From Vulcanimicrobiales bacterium (lineage in GTDB: Bacteria; Vulcanimicrobiota; Vulcanimicrobiia; Vulcanimicrobiales; Vulcanimicrobiaceae), in the NCBI GenBank assembly GCA_038215615.1, contig JBBQQR010000009.1, positions 12,682 through 76,681 on the forward strand: a stretch of DNA of 64,000 nt, given 5' to 3'. A program made the translations under genes and the position numbers. The notes beneath the pieces were generated by a model. The model was not told where the DNA came from, made no database searches, and saw only the letters and a list, made by a program, of their open reading frames with translations. Of the stretch, positions 41,402 through 51,419 are shown piece after piece; the stretch's first letter is position 1, and every line of letters starts with the position of its first letter.

Positions 41402-41660
41402 CGTCGTCGGGGCGATCTTCTACGACGTCGTACAACGCGGCCGCTTTGACCGCGGGCGTCATGCGCAGCGGAACTTCACGGATTCGCACGGTCACGTACC
41501 TGGTGGCGTAGTGGATGACCAGAACGTCACCGGGACGCACGTCGTACCCCGGCTTGAGCGCTTTGCCGTCTTTGGTTATCCGGCCGTGAACGAGTGCTTC
41601 ATGCGCCTCGCTGCGCCGCTTGCTTAAGCGCGAGATTTTCATGAACTTATCGAGTCGCAC
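41394..41660 (-). CDS. S4 RNA-binding protein (YabO/RqcP/Hsp15 family)
   Basis: MRLDKFMKISRL.KRRS.A.E....GRI...G...KP...V.PGD. Confidence 0.9.
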   Translation of the reverse strand: MRLDKFMKISRLSKRRSEAHEALVHGRITKDGKALKPGYDVRPGDVLVIHYATRYVTVRIREVPLRMTPAVKAAALYDVVEDRPDDDA

Positions 41661-41715
41661 TTGCACCATTTCCCGAAAAAAGAGATCGGCACCCTGCTCG
41701 CCAACCCGAGCGCCG

Positions 41716-43112
41716 ATGGCGACGGCAGCTCGCCCGGCCATGCGCCGCGGCCAAGTCAACATTTTCGACGAAAGCCGGCCGATGTGGCGGCTCTTTCTGA
41801 TTTTCCTGGTGCCGCTGCTGCTCAGCAACATGTTGCAGTCGGCCTCGCAAACGGTGGCCAGCATCTACCTCGGGCAGTTGATCGGCGTTCGCGCGTTGGC
41901 GGCGGTCTCCGGAATCTTCCCGATCATTTTCTTGCTGATCTCGTTTTTGATCGGACTCTCGAGCGGCAGCACCATCCTGATCGGTCAGGCGTTCGGCTCG
42001 GGCAACGTCCCCGCGATGAAGCGGGTCGCCGGCACGACGCTTTCGATCAGCGTCATGCTTGGAATCGTCGTCGCGGTCATCGGGATTTTCTTTAGCAACG
42101 ACCTCCTGCGGCTCATCCACACTCCGGCCGACATCTTGCACGACTCGACGGTGTACTCGCAGCTCATTTTCTTTTCGTGCCCGATGTTGTTTCCGTACTT
42201 GGCGTACACAACGTTTATTCGCGGTACCGGCGATTCTCAAACCCCGTTTTACTTCCTGATCGTCAGCGCTATACTTTTAGCCATTCTTACCCCGCCTTCA
42301 TTTTGGGCTGGGGCGGCTTTCCGCGCCTGGGAGTTTCGTCGGCAGCCATCGCCGGATACATCAGCAATGCCATTGCGTTCGTCGCCCTGCTGGTGCTTTT
42401 GGCGCGCCGCAAGGATCCGCTCTCGTTCGATTTCGAGATGATGCGCGACATGCGCATCGATTGGAAGATCATGAAAACCGTGGTCCGGCTGGGCGTGCCG
42501 ATCGGTTTGCAAGTCATTATGGTTGCGCTGGCGGAGATCGCCGTCATCAGTTTTGTGAACCGCTTCGGTTCGGACGCGACGGCCGCGTACGGCGCGGTCA
42601 ACCAGATCGTCGGCTACGTGCAGTTCCCGGCCATCAGCATCGGCATTGCCGCTTCGATCTTCGGCGCACAGTGCATCGGCGCCAAACGGGAAGACAAGCT
42701 CAACAGCGTTATCCGGTCGGGCGTCGGTCTGAACTACGCTATCGGCGGCCTCATCATCTTGCTCTGCTACATTTTTGCGTGGAATATTCTCGGGTGGTTC
42801 GTGACCGCCGAGCGTCCGTTGCAGATCGCGCACGCGTTGCTGATGATCACGTTGTGGAGTTACCTGCTCTTCGGCAACTCATCCGTGTTGAGCGGCGTGA
42901 TGCGCAGCAGCGGAACGGTCTTTTGGCCGACGTTTAACGGTATCTTCGCAATATGGGCGGTAGAAGTTCCCGCCGCCTGGATCCTGATGCACAAGTACGG
43001 CATCGACGGAATTTGGATGGGCTACCCGATTGCCTATTGCGTCGTCGTGCTCTTGCAGTTCGGCTACTACGAACTGTTCTGGAAGCGCATGACGCACGAG
43101 CGCCTAATCTAG
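41716..43112 (+). pseudogene. MATE family efflux transporter split by a 1-nt frameshift (real or assembly error)
   Basis: PLLLSNMLQ, RGTGDSQTP in the first half and AAYG, LSGVMRSSG in the second. One extra C in the C4 run at 42290-42293 joins the two halves. Confidence 0.85.
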
Positions 43113-43177
43113 TACGGGCCACATAAAGTTAATCACAAGGAAACCTAGCGGCAACGTTCGTAGTGCTTGATAGCGTG

Positions 43178-43516
43178 ATGGATAGAGAGCCGACCACTCG
43201 CGAGCTTATGGAAGCCCTGATCGATTTTAAGGACGGGGTCGCTGAGCAATTTACCGGAGTTTCGGGGCAATTTGCCAGGGTCAACGAGCGGTTCGATCGT
43301 GTCGATGCCAAACTCGTTGAACACGACAAGCGCCTCGAAGGCGTAGAATTCCACGTCGCCTCCTTAGACCGGCGCGTTGGCCACATTGAAACGCGCCTAG
43401 AAAACGTCGAGACTCGCCTGGGACACGTCGAAACGCGTGCTGTAAGCATAGATGCTTGTGTAGGCAGAATTGGCGTCAGCGTCGAGCAGTTACAGCGTCG
43501 GCTGCCCGCCTACTAG
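43178..43516 (+). CDS. Small heptad-repeat coiled-coil protein
   Basis: 7-aa repeats [21 protein letters not shown]. Confidence 0.7.
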   Translation: MDREPTTRELMEALIDFKDGVAEQFTGVSGQFARVNERFDRVDAKLVEHDKRLEGVEFHVASLDRRVGHIETRLENVETRLGHVETRAVSIDACVGRIGVSVEQLQRRLPAY

Positions 43517-43884
43517 ATCCGTTTTTTCTTTCGCGGCGTAACGCACGTGCCGGACGCTCGGCATACGACGATCGGTTCCGCGAGCGCGTCGGCGGCGGAC
43601 GGGCCGGCATCCGGACGCGCCGCGATGACCTTGCGAGCCTCAAACGACATCTTGCGCGACGTATTGCCGGTGCTTTCGATGCGCCCCGACGCCTCGATGT
43701 AGTCGCCCGCGCGTACGGGCGCGAGAAACTCGACGCTGTCGTATCCGGCGAATAAGCCTTCATCGCCGTCGAGGCGGATGAGCAGCTCCGTCGCAACGTC
43801 GCCGAAGAGCTCGAGCATGCGCGCACCGTCGACCAAGTCTCCGCCGTAGTGCGCGTCGCTAGAACTCATCCGTACGCGAATCAT
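43513..43884 (-). CDS. kal: 3-aminobutyryl-CoA ammonia-lyase-like hotdog protein
   Basis: [50 protein letters not shown] matches my recollection of Kal. Confidence 0.8.
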   Translation of the reverse strand: MIRVRMSSSDAHYGGDLVDGARMLELFGDVATELLIRLDGDEGLFAGYDSVEFLAPVRAGDYIEASGRIESTGNTSRKMSFEARKVIAARPDAGPSAADALAEPIVVCRASGTCVTPRKKKRI

Positions 43885-45059
43885 GCTCGTGCGGTCTTTG
43901 CCATTTTCCACAATTCCTCGAGTTCGTCCAGCGTCATGTCGGCGAGTGACTTGCCGTCTTTGGCGGCGCGCGCTTCCATGAAACAAAAGCGTTTGTAAAA
44001 CTTCTCGTTCGCCTCGCGCATCGCCGCTTCCGCGTCGATTCCGAGCGCGCGCGATAGGTTAACCAGCGTGAAGAACACGTCGCCGAGCTCTTCGCGCACG
44101 TGCGGATCGTCCTGCTTGGCGCGCCGGGCTTCGGCCAGTTCGCGCAGCTCCTCGACGAGCTTCTCGAGAATCTGAGAGGCCGCCGGCCAGTCGAAACCCA
44201 CGCGGGCCGCTTTCTCTTGCATGCGCTGGCCGCGCTGCATCGCTCCGAGATGCCGCGGAATGCCGTCCAGGCGGCTGCGCCGTTTGCGCCCGGTGGCCTC
44301 TTCGGCTTTGAGACGTTCCCAGTTTTTCCACTGCGCGTCGACGTCTTCGATCACGGCCTCGCCGAACACGTGCGGATGGCGCCTGATCATTTTGTTCGAG
44401 AGCGCGTCGATGACGTCGGCGCTCGTGAACCGTCCCGTTTCGCTTCCGATTTGCGCGTGAAAAACGATCTGCAGCAGCAGGTCGCCGAGTTCTTCGCTGA
44501 GTGCGGTTTCGTCATTCAGCTCGATCGCTTCGACCACTTCGTACGTTTCTTCGATGAGATACGGCACGAGCGTGCGGTGGGTCTGTTCGCGATCCCACGG
44601 GCACGACCGGCGCAAACGCGCCATGATTTCGATTAAGTCGTTCCACGTGTGGTGCGTGGAAGCGGGCGGTAGCGGCACGAGCGGCATGGCGATCGCCGCC
44701 GAGAGCGTATCGCGCGGGACGCCCGGCACGATCTCCGTCCGAATCCCGCGGCTTTCGAGCGCGCGCACGAATTGCGGCAACCCGGGAAAGTCCGAAAGCG
44801 GATTCCCGAGGACGCCTATTGCGATATCGCTGCCCTGCAGCGACGCCGCGACGCTCTCGATAGCTTCAGTTGCGCCGCGGACGAAGAGTGCGGGATCGGC
44901 GGCGAGACCGGTGACGATCTCGACGCCTTGTGATTCGATGTAGGCGATCAGTTCCGACGGCGCGAGCATCAGTGCGGCGCGCCGCGACGCGCGCAGGGCA
45001 TCGAGACTTCCCAGCGTGAGCAGTCCCGGATCGCCCGGCCCGAGCCCGACGATGCGCAC
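43881..45059 (-). CDS. mazG: YabN-type tetrapyrrole-methylase-like/MazG nucleoside triphosphate pyrophosphohydrolase
   Basis: IVGLGPG N-terminus, [31 protein letters not shown], second EELGD. Confidence 0.92.
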   Translation of the reverse strand: MRIVGLGPGDPGLLTLGSLDALRASRRAALMLAPSELIAYIESQGVEIVTGLAADPALFVRGATEAIESVAASLQGSDIAIGVLGNPLSDFPGLPQFVRALESRGIRTEIVPGVPRDTLSAAIAMPLVPLPPASTHHTWNDLIEIMARLRRSCPWDREQTHRTLVPYLIEETYEVVEAIELNDETALSEELGDLLLQIVFHAQIGSETGRFTSADVIDALSNKMIRRHPHVFGEAVIEDVDAQWKNWERLKAEEATGRKRRSRLDGIPRHLGAMQRGQRMQEKAARVGFDWPAASQILEKLVEELRELAEARRAKQDDPHVREELGDVFFTLVNLSRALGIDAEAAMREANEKFYKRFCFMEARAAKDGKSLADMTLDELEELWKMAKTARA

Positions 45060-45089
45060 CCTTCGACTCGCTGCGCTTCGCTCAGGGCG
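45059..45089 (-). repeat. Single-unit repeat abutting the mazG start
   Basis: Reverse complement: CG-CCCT-GAG-CGAAGCGCAGCGAGT-CGA-AGGG; the last G is the G of the GTG start. Confidence 0.8.
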
Positions 45090-45113
45090 GGCTATGCTCG
45101 GTGCCTTCTTGGG

Positions 45114-46043
45114 CTACTTCGTCTGCGCCGGCGCCGGGGCCGCAGCGGCCGGGAGCGGCGTCGGGAAGAGACCGGCGAAGCGCGGGTCGCTGACGTCGAT
45201 CTTTGCGGTTTGCTGCTGCTGCTGTAAGAACTGCTGGATCAGCGGACTCTCTTGCTGCTGTTTGAGCATCTGCGTGATCTTTGCCGTAGAGTTAGCGAGC
45301 GTGGCCTTTGTCGCCGGCGTGCGCGCCTCGATCTCGATAATGTGATAACCCAAAGGCGATTTAATCGGCGCGCTGACCTTTCCGATCGGTCCGCTGAAAA
45401 CGTAGGCGTCGAAGGTCGGCACCATGCGGCCCCGCGGGAACAACCCTAGTTCTCCGCCGTTGCTTTTGCTGCCCGGATCCATTGAGTATTGTTTTGCCTC
45501 GGCGGCAAAATCTTTGCCGGCTTTCAGCTCGGCTTCGATTTTTTGTGCGGTGGCGAGGTCCGCAACGAGAATGTGGCGAGCGCGGGCCTGCGCCGGCTGA
45601 TCGAGCTGCGCGTGATTGAGTTTGAAGTACGCTGCGATTTGGCCCGGCGGAATGTGCACGCCGGCGCCGACGGCTTTATCCAAAATGATCTGACGGCGGA
45701 TCAAATCTTGCACGTCCTGTTCGGAGAGGCCGCGCGCTTTCAGCAGCTGATCCCACTGATTGGCGGGATATTGCGCCTTGTACTGATTTTCGATCTTGTC
45801 GATCTCGGGTTGCGAGACCGTAATCTTGTGGCTTTGCGCGTACTGATCGATCAGGTCGTCGGTCACCATCAGTTGCAGCACGTTGCGTGCCGTGACGGGT
45901 GTCGAACTGTTTTCGAGCTTTGTATCGAGCTGATCGCGTGTGATCGCCTGGCCGTTAACGGTGAGAATCGTGCTGCCGCCGGAGCCGCATGCGGTAAGTG
46001 TGGCCGCGAGCAACACCGCGGCTATTGATGTAAATTTTATCAC
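45114..46043 (-). CDS. prsA: PrsA-like parvulin peptidyl-prolyl isomerase lipoprotein
   Basis: Lipobox LTAC, ARHILV, YS.DPGSK..GGELG, GYHII. Confidence 0.88.
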   Translation of the reverse strand: MIKFTSIAAVLLAATLTACGSGGSTILTVNGQAITRDQLDTKLENSSTPVTARNVLQLMVTDDLIDQYAQSHKITVSQPEIDKIENQYKAQYPANQWDQLLKARGLSEQDVQDLIRRQIILDKAVGAGVHIPPGQIAAYFKLNHAQLDQPAQARARHILVADLATAQKIEAELKAGKDFAAEAKQYSMDPGSKSNGGELGLFPRGRMVPTFDAYVFSGPIGKVSAPIKSPLGYHIIEIEARTPATKATLANSTAKITQMLKQQQESPLIQQFLQQQQQTAKIDVSDPRFAGLFPTPLPAAAAPAPAQTK

Positions 46044-46066
46044 CGCCGCCCGATTCGAGCCGGGCC

Positions 46067-49000
46067 CTAAATCGCCTCTAACAGGTCGCGCAGCAGCGGC
46101 ATCCAGAGTGATTCGGGCGACGCGCCGCCGCGCAGCGCGGGCAGCTCGACGAGCACTTTTCCGTCGCCGAAACGGTAGCGGTTTCCGGTCAGCTTGCCAA
46201 AGCGCGCAATGGCGCTGGGCGCCAACGCAAAGCTCGAACCGACGCCGAGCGTCAGCCGCTTCTCGTCGACGATCACGCGCGTCACGTGCTTCTGCAGTGC
46301 GATCGCGCGCAGCTTGGTTATCTCGACCAGATTCTCCAGCGGCTTCGGAAATGGGCCGAAACGATCGCGCACGCCGGCGGCGACCTCTTCGACCTGCGCC
46401 CGCGTGCGCGATCGCGCGAGCTGCTGATAGATGGCGATCTTCTGTGAAACCTGCGGCACGTAATCGTTGGGAACGTACGCGTCGATCTTGACGTCGATGA
46501 CCGCCTCGCGCCGCTCTTCGAGCGCGGCTTGTTGCCCCTTTCGCTCGGCGATCGCTTCGGCCAAGAGCTGGCAGTACGTATCGAAACCGACCGAGGCGAT
46601 GAAGCCGGACTGCGCCGCTCCGAGCAGGTTGCCGGCGCCGCGAATCTCGAGATCGCGCATGGCGATCTGCAGGCCGCTGCCCAAATGCGCGAATTCGCGA
46701 ATCGCTTCGAGCCGCGCTTTGGCTTCTTGCGAAAGCGATTTGTGCGCTTGATAGAGCAAGTACGCATAGGCTTGATGGTTCGAACGCCCGACGCGGCCGC
46801 GTAATTGGTAGAGCTGCGCCAGCCCGAATTTGTCGGCGTCGTTGACGACGATCGTATTGACGTTGGGGATGTCGATGCCGTTTTCGATGATCGTCGTGGC
46901 GACCAGCACGTCGATGTTGCCTTCGATGAATGCCTGCATAACCGGTTCGATCTCGGCTTCGCTCATCTGCCCGTGTCCGACGGCGATGCGCGCGCGCGGA
47001 ACCAGGCGCTCCAGTGCGTTCTTGACGGCGTAGATCGATTCGATCCGGTTGTGCAGGTAGTAAATCTGTCCCCCGCGGTCGAGCTCGGCCGTTATGGCGC
47101 GCTGCACGACGGCATCGCTGGCCGGCACTACCACCGTTTTGATCGACATGCGGTTCTTGGGTGCGGTTTGAATGAGCGAGAGATCGCGCACGCCCAGGAG
47201 CGACATGTGCAGCGTGCGCGGAATCGGTGTGGCCGAGAGCGTCATGACGTCGACGCTGGCGCGCAGTGCTTTCAGGCGCTCTTTTTGCATTACGCCGAAG
47301 CGCTGTTCTTCGTCGACCACGATCAATCCGAGATCGGCAAAGACGACGTCTTTCTGCAGCAGCCGGTGCGTCCCGATGACGATGTCGACGCGGCCTTGCG
47401 CCAACTCGCGCAGAATCTCGCGCTGTTCTTTCTTGCTCTTGAAACGTGAGAGCTCTTCGATCCGGATTGGGAATCCGGCAAAACGGCTGGCGAACGTACG
47501 GTAATGCTGCGCGGCCAGCAGCGTGGTCGGTACGAGCAGCCCAACTTGTTTTTTGTCCGCAATCGCCTTAAACGCCGCGCGGATGGCGACTTCGGTTTTT
47601 CCATAACCGACGTCGCCGCAGACGAGGCGATCCATCGGGCGCGCGCTTTCCATGTCGGCCTTCGATTCGTCGATCGCTTTGCGCTGGTCCGGCGTCTCTT
47701 CGTAGGGAAAAGCCTCTTCCAGCTCGGCTTGCCACGGCGTGTCCGGCGCAAAGGCGTGTCCGCGCGACATTTCGCGCTCGGCGTATAGGGCCACCAAGCC
47801 ATCGGCTATTTTTGCGAGCGACTCCGAAACGCGCGATTTGGTGCGCGCCCAATCGGCGCCCCCCATGCGCGAGAGCCGCGGCGTGGCGCCTTCGGCTGCG
47901 CTGTATTTGGCGATCTGGTGCATCTGCGTAACGGGCACGAGCATGCGGTCGGTGCCGGCATAGGCCAGATCCAGATAGTCTTGCGTTGCGCCCAGAATCG
48001 TTTCGGTCCGCAGCCCCAGATATTGGCCGATCCCGTGTACGCTGTGCACCACGTAATCGCCGACGCGCAAGTCGGCCAGCGTGACCGGCACGCCTTCCTT
48101 GACCGCGCGAATTTTGACGCGTTTGGGCGGCTGTCCGTAAATCTCACGATCGCCCAGCACGCGCAAACGCAGCTCGGGAATGACGAATCCGCTCTCAATG
48201 GATCCGTGGCCGATGAAGATGCCGCTAATGGAAGCCGCGTTTACGATATCGGTCGTGCGCGCAGCCCCTGTTGTAACGAGTGTCACCGTTTCGCCCGCTT
48301 GCGTCCAATCGCGTAGCGCTTGCGTGAACATCTCGATCTGCCGGTTGAAGTGTTCGGCCGGACGCGTTTCGAGCACGAACGACTGTACGACGCGGGGCAG
48401 CCATTCCAGCGATTGCGCGCTTTCGATCGCGCCGGGAAACGCTAACGCGCGCGTGCGCGCAAACGATTGGGAAAGATCGCGCAGCCGCGGATACGGCGCG
48501 ATCACTTCGCCGAGCAGCGATTCTTGCACGTCCGCGGAGCGCACCGAGAGCTGATCGGATGCGAGCGCCTCGAGCAAGACGCTTTGCTCGCGCGAGCGTT
48601 CGTCGTCGAGTGCGCGCTCCAGCGTTGCGAGCATGCCCGGTTCGTCGAACACGAGCGTCGCGTGCTCCGAAAGGAAATCGAGGACTGTTTCACGCTCGTC
48701 AAACGCCAGTGAAAGCCACGCCGGGGGTATCTCCGCGCCCGTTTCGATGTACGATTTCACTGCGTCCGCGACGTTGCCCGGCGCATCTAAACGCTCGAGC
48801 ACGCGAACGCGCAACGTTTCGTCGCGTGGGATTTCACTCCACGGCACGATCTCGATCTCAGGCAGAGTGCCTTCGCTGCGCTGCGATTCCAATTCGAATG
48901 GGCGGATGGTCTCAACCGTGTCGCCGAAAAACTCGACGCGCGCCGGACGGTCGGCGGTCGGCGGAAACACGTCGACGATTCCGCCGCGCACGGCGTATTC

Positions 49001-49573
49001 GCCGGCGGCGCTCACGACGTCGCTGCGATGGTAACCTAAGCGGTACAACTCACGCAGCGTGCGATCCCAACCCGCTTCGCTGCCGGCGCGCAGCGTAAAG
49101 CGCGATTCCATAAACAACGCGCGGGGCATGACGTACTGACGCAGCGCACCCAGCGGCGCGAGAATGATTCCGGGCTTACCGTCCGCCAGTTCGGCCAACA
49201 TAGCCATGCGCGCGGAGTGCTCGGAGGGGCTTTCCAGAACGCCGACGGCTTCGTCGCGCGAACGGAGGAGCGAAACGCTCCGCGCCTCGTCTTCTTCGAG
49301 AAAATAGAGCAGGTCGGTAAACGCGCGTTCGGCGGCGTCGGCGGTCGGCATGGCGACGAAGATTTGGCCGCCGAGGGCTCGATAGAGCGCTGCCAGGAGC
49401 GCGGGCCGTGCGGCCGGGATCGTTTCGTGGAGCGCGTAGAGTCCGCGCCCTTGGCGCAGGCGCTCGATGACTCCGGTGACGGGCTTGGCGCCCTGGAGGG
49501 CGTGGACCAGCCTCCCCGCGAGCGTCTCCCCGGGGGTTGTCGTCAGGAGAGGCGGCGCACCAATCGTTGTCAT
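46067..49573 (-). CDS. mfd: Transcription-repair coupling factor
   Basis: UvrB-like region, VH..HGIG, GDVGYGKTEVA, DEEQRFG, TLSATPIPRT, QLRGRVGR, TRCF domain. Confidence 0.97.
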   Translation of the reverse strand: MTTIGAPPLLTTTPGETLAGRLVHALQGAKPVTGVIERLRQGRGLYALHETIPAARPALLAALYRALGGQIFVAMPTADAAERAFTDLLYFLEEDEARSVSLLRSRDEAVGVLESPSEHSARMAMLAELADGKPGIILAPLGALRQYVMPRALFMESRFTLRAGSEAGWDRTLRELYRLGYHRSDVVSAAGEYAVRGGIVDVFPPTADRPARVEFFGDTVETIRPFELESQRSEGTLPEIEIVPWSEIPRDETLRVRVLERLDAPGNVADAVKSYIETGAEIPPAWLSLAFDERETVLDFLSEHATLVFDEPGMLATLERALDDERSREQSVLLEALASDQLSVRSADVQESLLGEVIAPYPRLRDLSQSFARTRALAFPGAIESAQSLEWLPRVVQSFVLETRPAEHFNRQIEMFTQALRDWTQAGETVTLVTTGAARTTDIVNAASISGIFIGHGSIESGFVIPELRLRVLGDREIYGQPPKRVKIRAVKEGVPVTLADLRVGDYVVHSVHGIGQYLGLRTETILGATQDYLDLAYAGTDRMLVPVTQMHQIAKYSAAEGATPRLSRMGGADWARTKSRVSESLAKIADGLVALYAEREMSRGHAFAPDTPWQAELEEAFPYEETPDQRKAIDESKADMESARPMDRLVCGDVGYGKTEVAIRAAFKAIADKKQVGLLVPTTLLAAQHYRTFASRFAGFPIRIEELSRFKSKKEQREILRELAQGRVDIVIGTHRLLQKDVVFADLGLIVVDEEQRFGVMQKERLKALRASVDVMTLSATPIPRTLHMSLLGVRDLSLIQTAPKNRMSIKTVVVPASDAVVQRAITAELDRGGQIYYLHNRIESIYAVKNALERLVPRARIAVGHGQMSEAEIEPVMQAFIEGNIDVLVATTIIENGIDIPNVNTIVVNDADKFGLAQLYQLRGRVGRSNHQAYAYLLYQAHKSLSQEAKARLEAIREFAHLGSGLQIAMRDLEIRGAGNLLGAAQSGFIASVGFDTYCQLLAEAIAERKGQQAALEERREAVIDVKIDAYVPNDYVPQVSQKIAIYQQLARSRTRAQVEEVAAGVRDRFGPFPKPLENLVEITKLRAIALQKHVTRVIVDEKRLTLGVGSSFALAPSAIARFGKLTGNRYRFGDGKVLVELPALRGGASPESLWMPLLRDLLEAI

Positions 49574-49645
49574 CCTGGGACCAACCCGTGCTCCAACCCG
49601 GCTTTCGCGGAGATGGTTTCTCGCGACTCGAAAGAGGCGGGTCTC

Positions 49646-50095
49646 TTGCTTTCTGCGCTCGTTCTCGCCGTAGTTGCGTCTTCGCCTTGCACGTTTCGTC
49701 CGCAGCTGCAATTAGCTCCGGCCGTTGTGCGCGTACGCGTCGCCGGCGCGGCGCGTGCGTTTACCGCGAGCGCAAACCTGACGCTGTCGGTTCGTACGAT
49801 GAAAAAAGCCGCCACAACCCGCGACGGGGGACTACGCGCGCACGTTGCAGGCTACTATGCGATCGCACAAAGTCTGGCGCAAACATCCGCGCTTCGTGCA
49901 TTCGGATCGTCGCAAACGCAGGCGCGCACGCGCTTAGGAAAAGCCGCGGCGGCGCTGGTACGCGACGCGAACGCCGAATACGCGCGCCAAGTTCGCATCT
50001 ACGATACGGTCACGGAAAATGGTAGAGCGCAGGGTCAGGGACCGGCGTATGGTTTTCCGGGAGGCCCGAACGCAAGCGTCTACTGCATGCGATAA
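49646..50095 (+). CDS. Secreted hypothetical protein
   Basis: Signal-like MLSALVLAVVASSPC; promoter motif 13 nt upstream; ATG 49613 is an alternative start. Confidence 0.55.
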   Translation: MLSALVLAVVASSPCTFRPQLQLAPAVVRVRVAGAARAFTASANLTLSVRTMKKAATTRDGGLRAHVAGYYAIAQSLAQTSALRAFGSSQTQARTRLGKAAAALVRDANAEYARQVRIYDTVTENGRAQGQGPAYGFPGGPNASVYCMR

Positions 50096-51419
50096 AAACA
50101 CCAGCCGCAATTGCAAATGGAACGAGCGCGATCGCAACGCTCAGAGACGTGGAAAGATCGGTCATGGCATCGGGAAGATAGCGCAAGACCGAAGCCAGCG
50201 TTAACGCCACGATCGCCCACGCGGCGGGAGTTTCCCACGCAAAAAGCGCCGCCGGTAAGATCCACAGCGCGTACCATGGGTACGGGTTGGGAATCGCAAT
50301 CCATAGCGCGAGCGCCAGCAGCGCGGCGCCGCTGTGGTTGCGCTTCCATAAGAGAATGCATCCGCCGATCGCTAACGCCACGGCAAGTGCGGCGGTAAGC
50401 GCGAGCGCCGCGGATCCGCCAAACGCCGCGTCTAGGACGTACTGCAGGGAGAATTGCGGGAAATAGGTTCCGCGTCCGGCGTTGTGCGAGAGCTGTGCCA
50501 GCGCGGGCCACGCGACGACTGCCGCCGCGGCGAGTCCCAATAGCGTGCCGGTTAAGACGCGCGAGCGCAAGCGACTCTCTGCGAACATGAACGGAGCGAC
50601 TGCGGCGGCTAGCAAGCCCGGCGCTTTTACGAGCGCCGATAACGAAACGACGACGGCACCCGTAAAGTGGCGCCCGCGTGTGATCAAGGCGGATCCCGCT
50701 AAAACGATTGCAACAAGGTAGACATCGTTGTGTCCTTCGGCCGCGGCCCAGATCGCGATCGGATTGAGCGCGATGCCCGCGGCGGCTGCGACGCGCGTGC
50801 GTTCGGGAAATGCCGCATGCGCCAGAGGAGCGCAGAGAACGAGCGCTCCGCAAGCACTGATGCGCAAGGCCCACAGCGGGGCGGCGGGGCCGAAGCCGGC
50901 AAAGATCGCGACGGTCGCTTGCGTGAACCATACGAATGCCGGGCCGTAAACGCAAGCCGGCGGAGGATTTCCCCACTGCCACAGCACCGCATCCATCAGC
51001 GGACCGCGCAAAGGAACGGCCGCATGCGCGTAGGGATCCAACCCGTGCAGCGCCATCAATCCGTACCCGGCGTAGGCGTAAACGTCGCTTGAAAATACGA
51101 CCGGAAAAAACAACGCAGCTGTACACGCGAGCGCGCTGCAAATGAGTGTCATGGCGAGCGTAGTCGAACCACCCCGAGCAGCGCCCGGTACGGGCGCAAG
51201 CCGAGGGGATGCCAGGACCGCCACATACCCGACGCTTGCGATCGCGATCGCAACAAACAGCGCAAGCCACATCAGCGACCCGAAATTCCCCCAGTACGTC
51301 ACCACGGCGAGCAGCTGCGCGCGGTCGACGGCAAACGTGGCGGGCACCCGCAGAAGAAGCAGCCGGCACGCGATGGCGCCGGCCACGAATCCTAATGGAA
51401 CGAAAAAGGCTAATCGCAT
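50010..51419 (-). CDS. GT-C membrane glycosyltransferase (MptA/MptB-like)
   Basis: FSSDVYAY...G..PY, YGP, LNP....GHND, PYPWY..W. Confidence 0.8.
   Translation of the reverse strand: MRLAFFVPLGFVAGAIACRLLLLRVPATFAVDRAQLLAVVTYWGNFGSLMWLALFVAIAIASVGYVAVLASPRLAPVPGAARGGSTTLAMTLICSALACTAALFFPVVFSSDVYAYAGYGLMALHGLDPYAHAAVPLRGPLMDAVLWQWGNPPPACVYGPAFVWFTQATVAIFAGFGPAAPLWALRISACGALVLCAPLAHAAFPERTRVAAAAGIALNPIAIWAAAEGHNDVYLVAIVLAGSALITRGRHFTGAVVVSLSALVKAPGLLAAAVAPFMFAESRLRSRVLTGTLLGLAAAAVVAWPALAQLSHNAGRGTYFPQFSLQYVLDAAFGGSAALALTAALAVALAIGGCILLWKRNHSGAALLALALWIAIPNPYPWYALWILPAALFAWETPAAWAIVALTLASVLRYLPDAMTDLSTSLSVAIALVPFAIAAGVFIACSRRLRSGLPENHTPVPDPALYHFP

Noticed and set aside
45060..45116. The prsA stop is in frame with mazG, so readthrough fusion is conceivable
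   Set aside because: One-in-three chance, and fusing a secreted lipoprotein to a cytoplasmic enzyme is implausible.
49566..49577. GTTGTCATCCTG, identical to the repeat end, overlapping the mfd start codon
   Set aside because: Only 12 nt match and the GAG...CGA hairpin is absent. It could be a remnant but cannot be told from chance.
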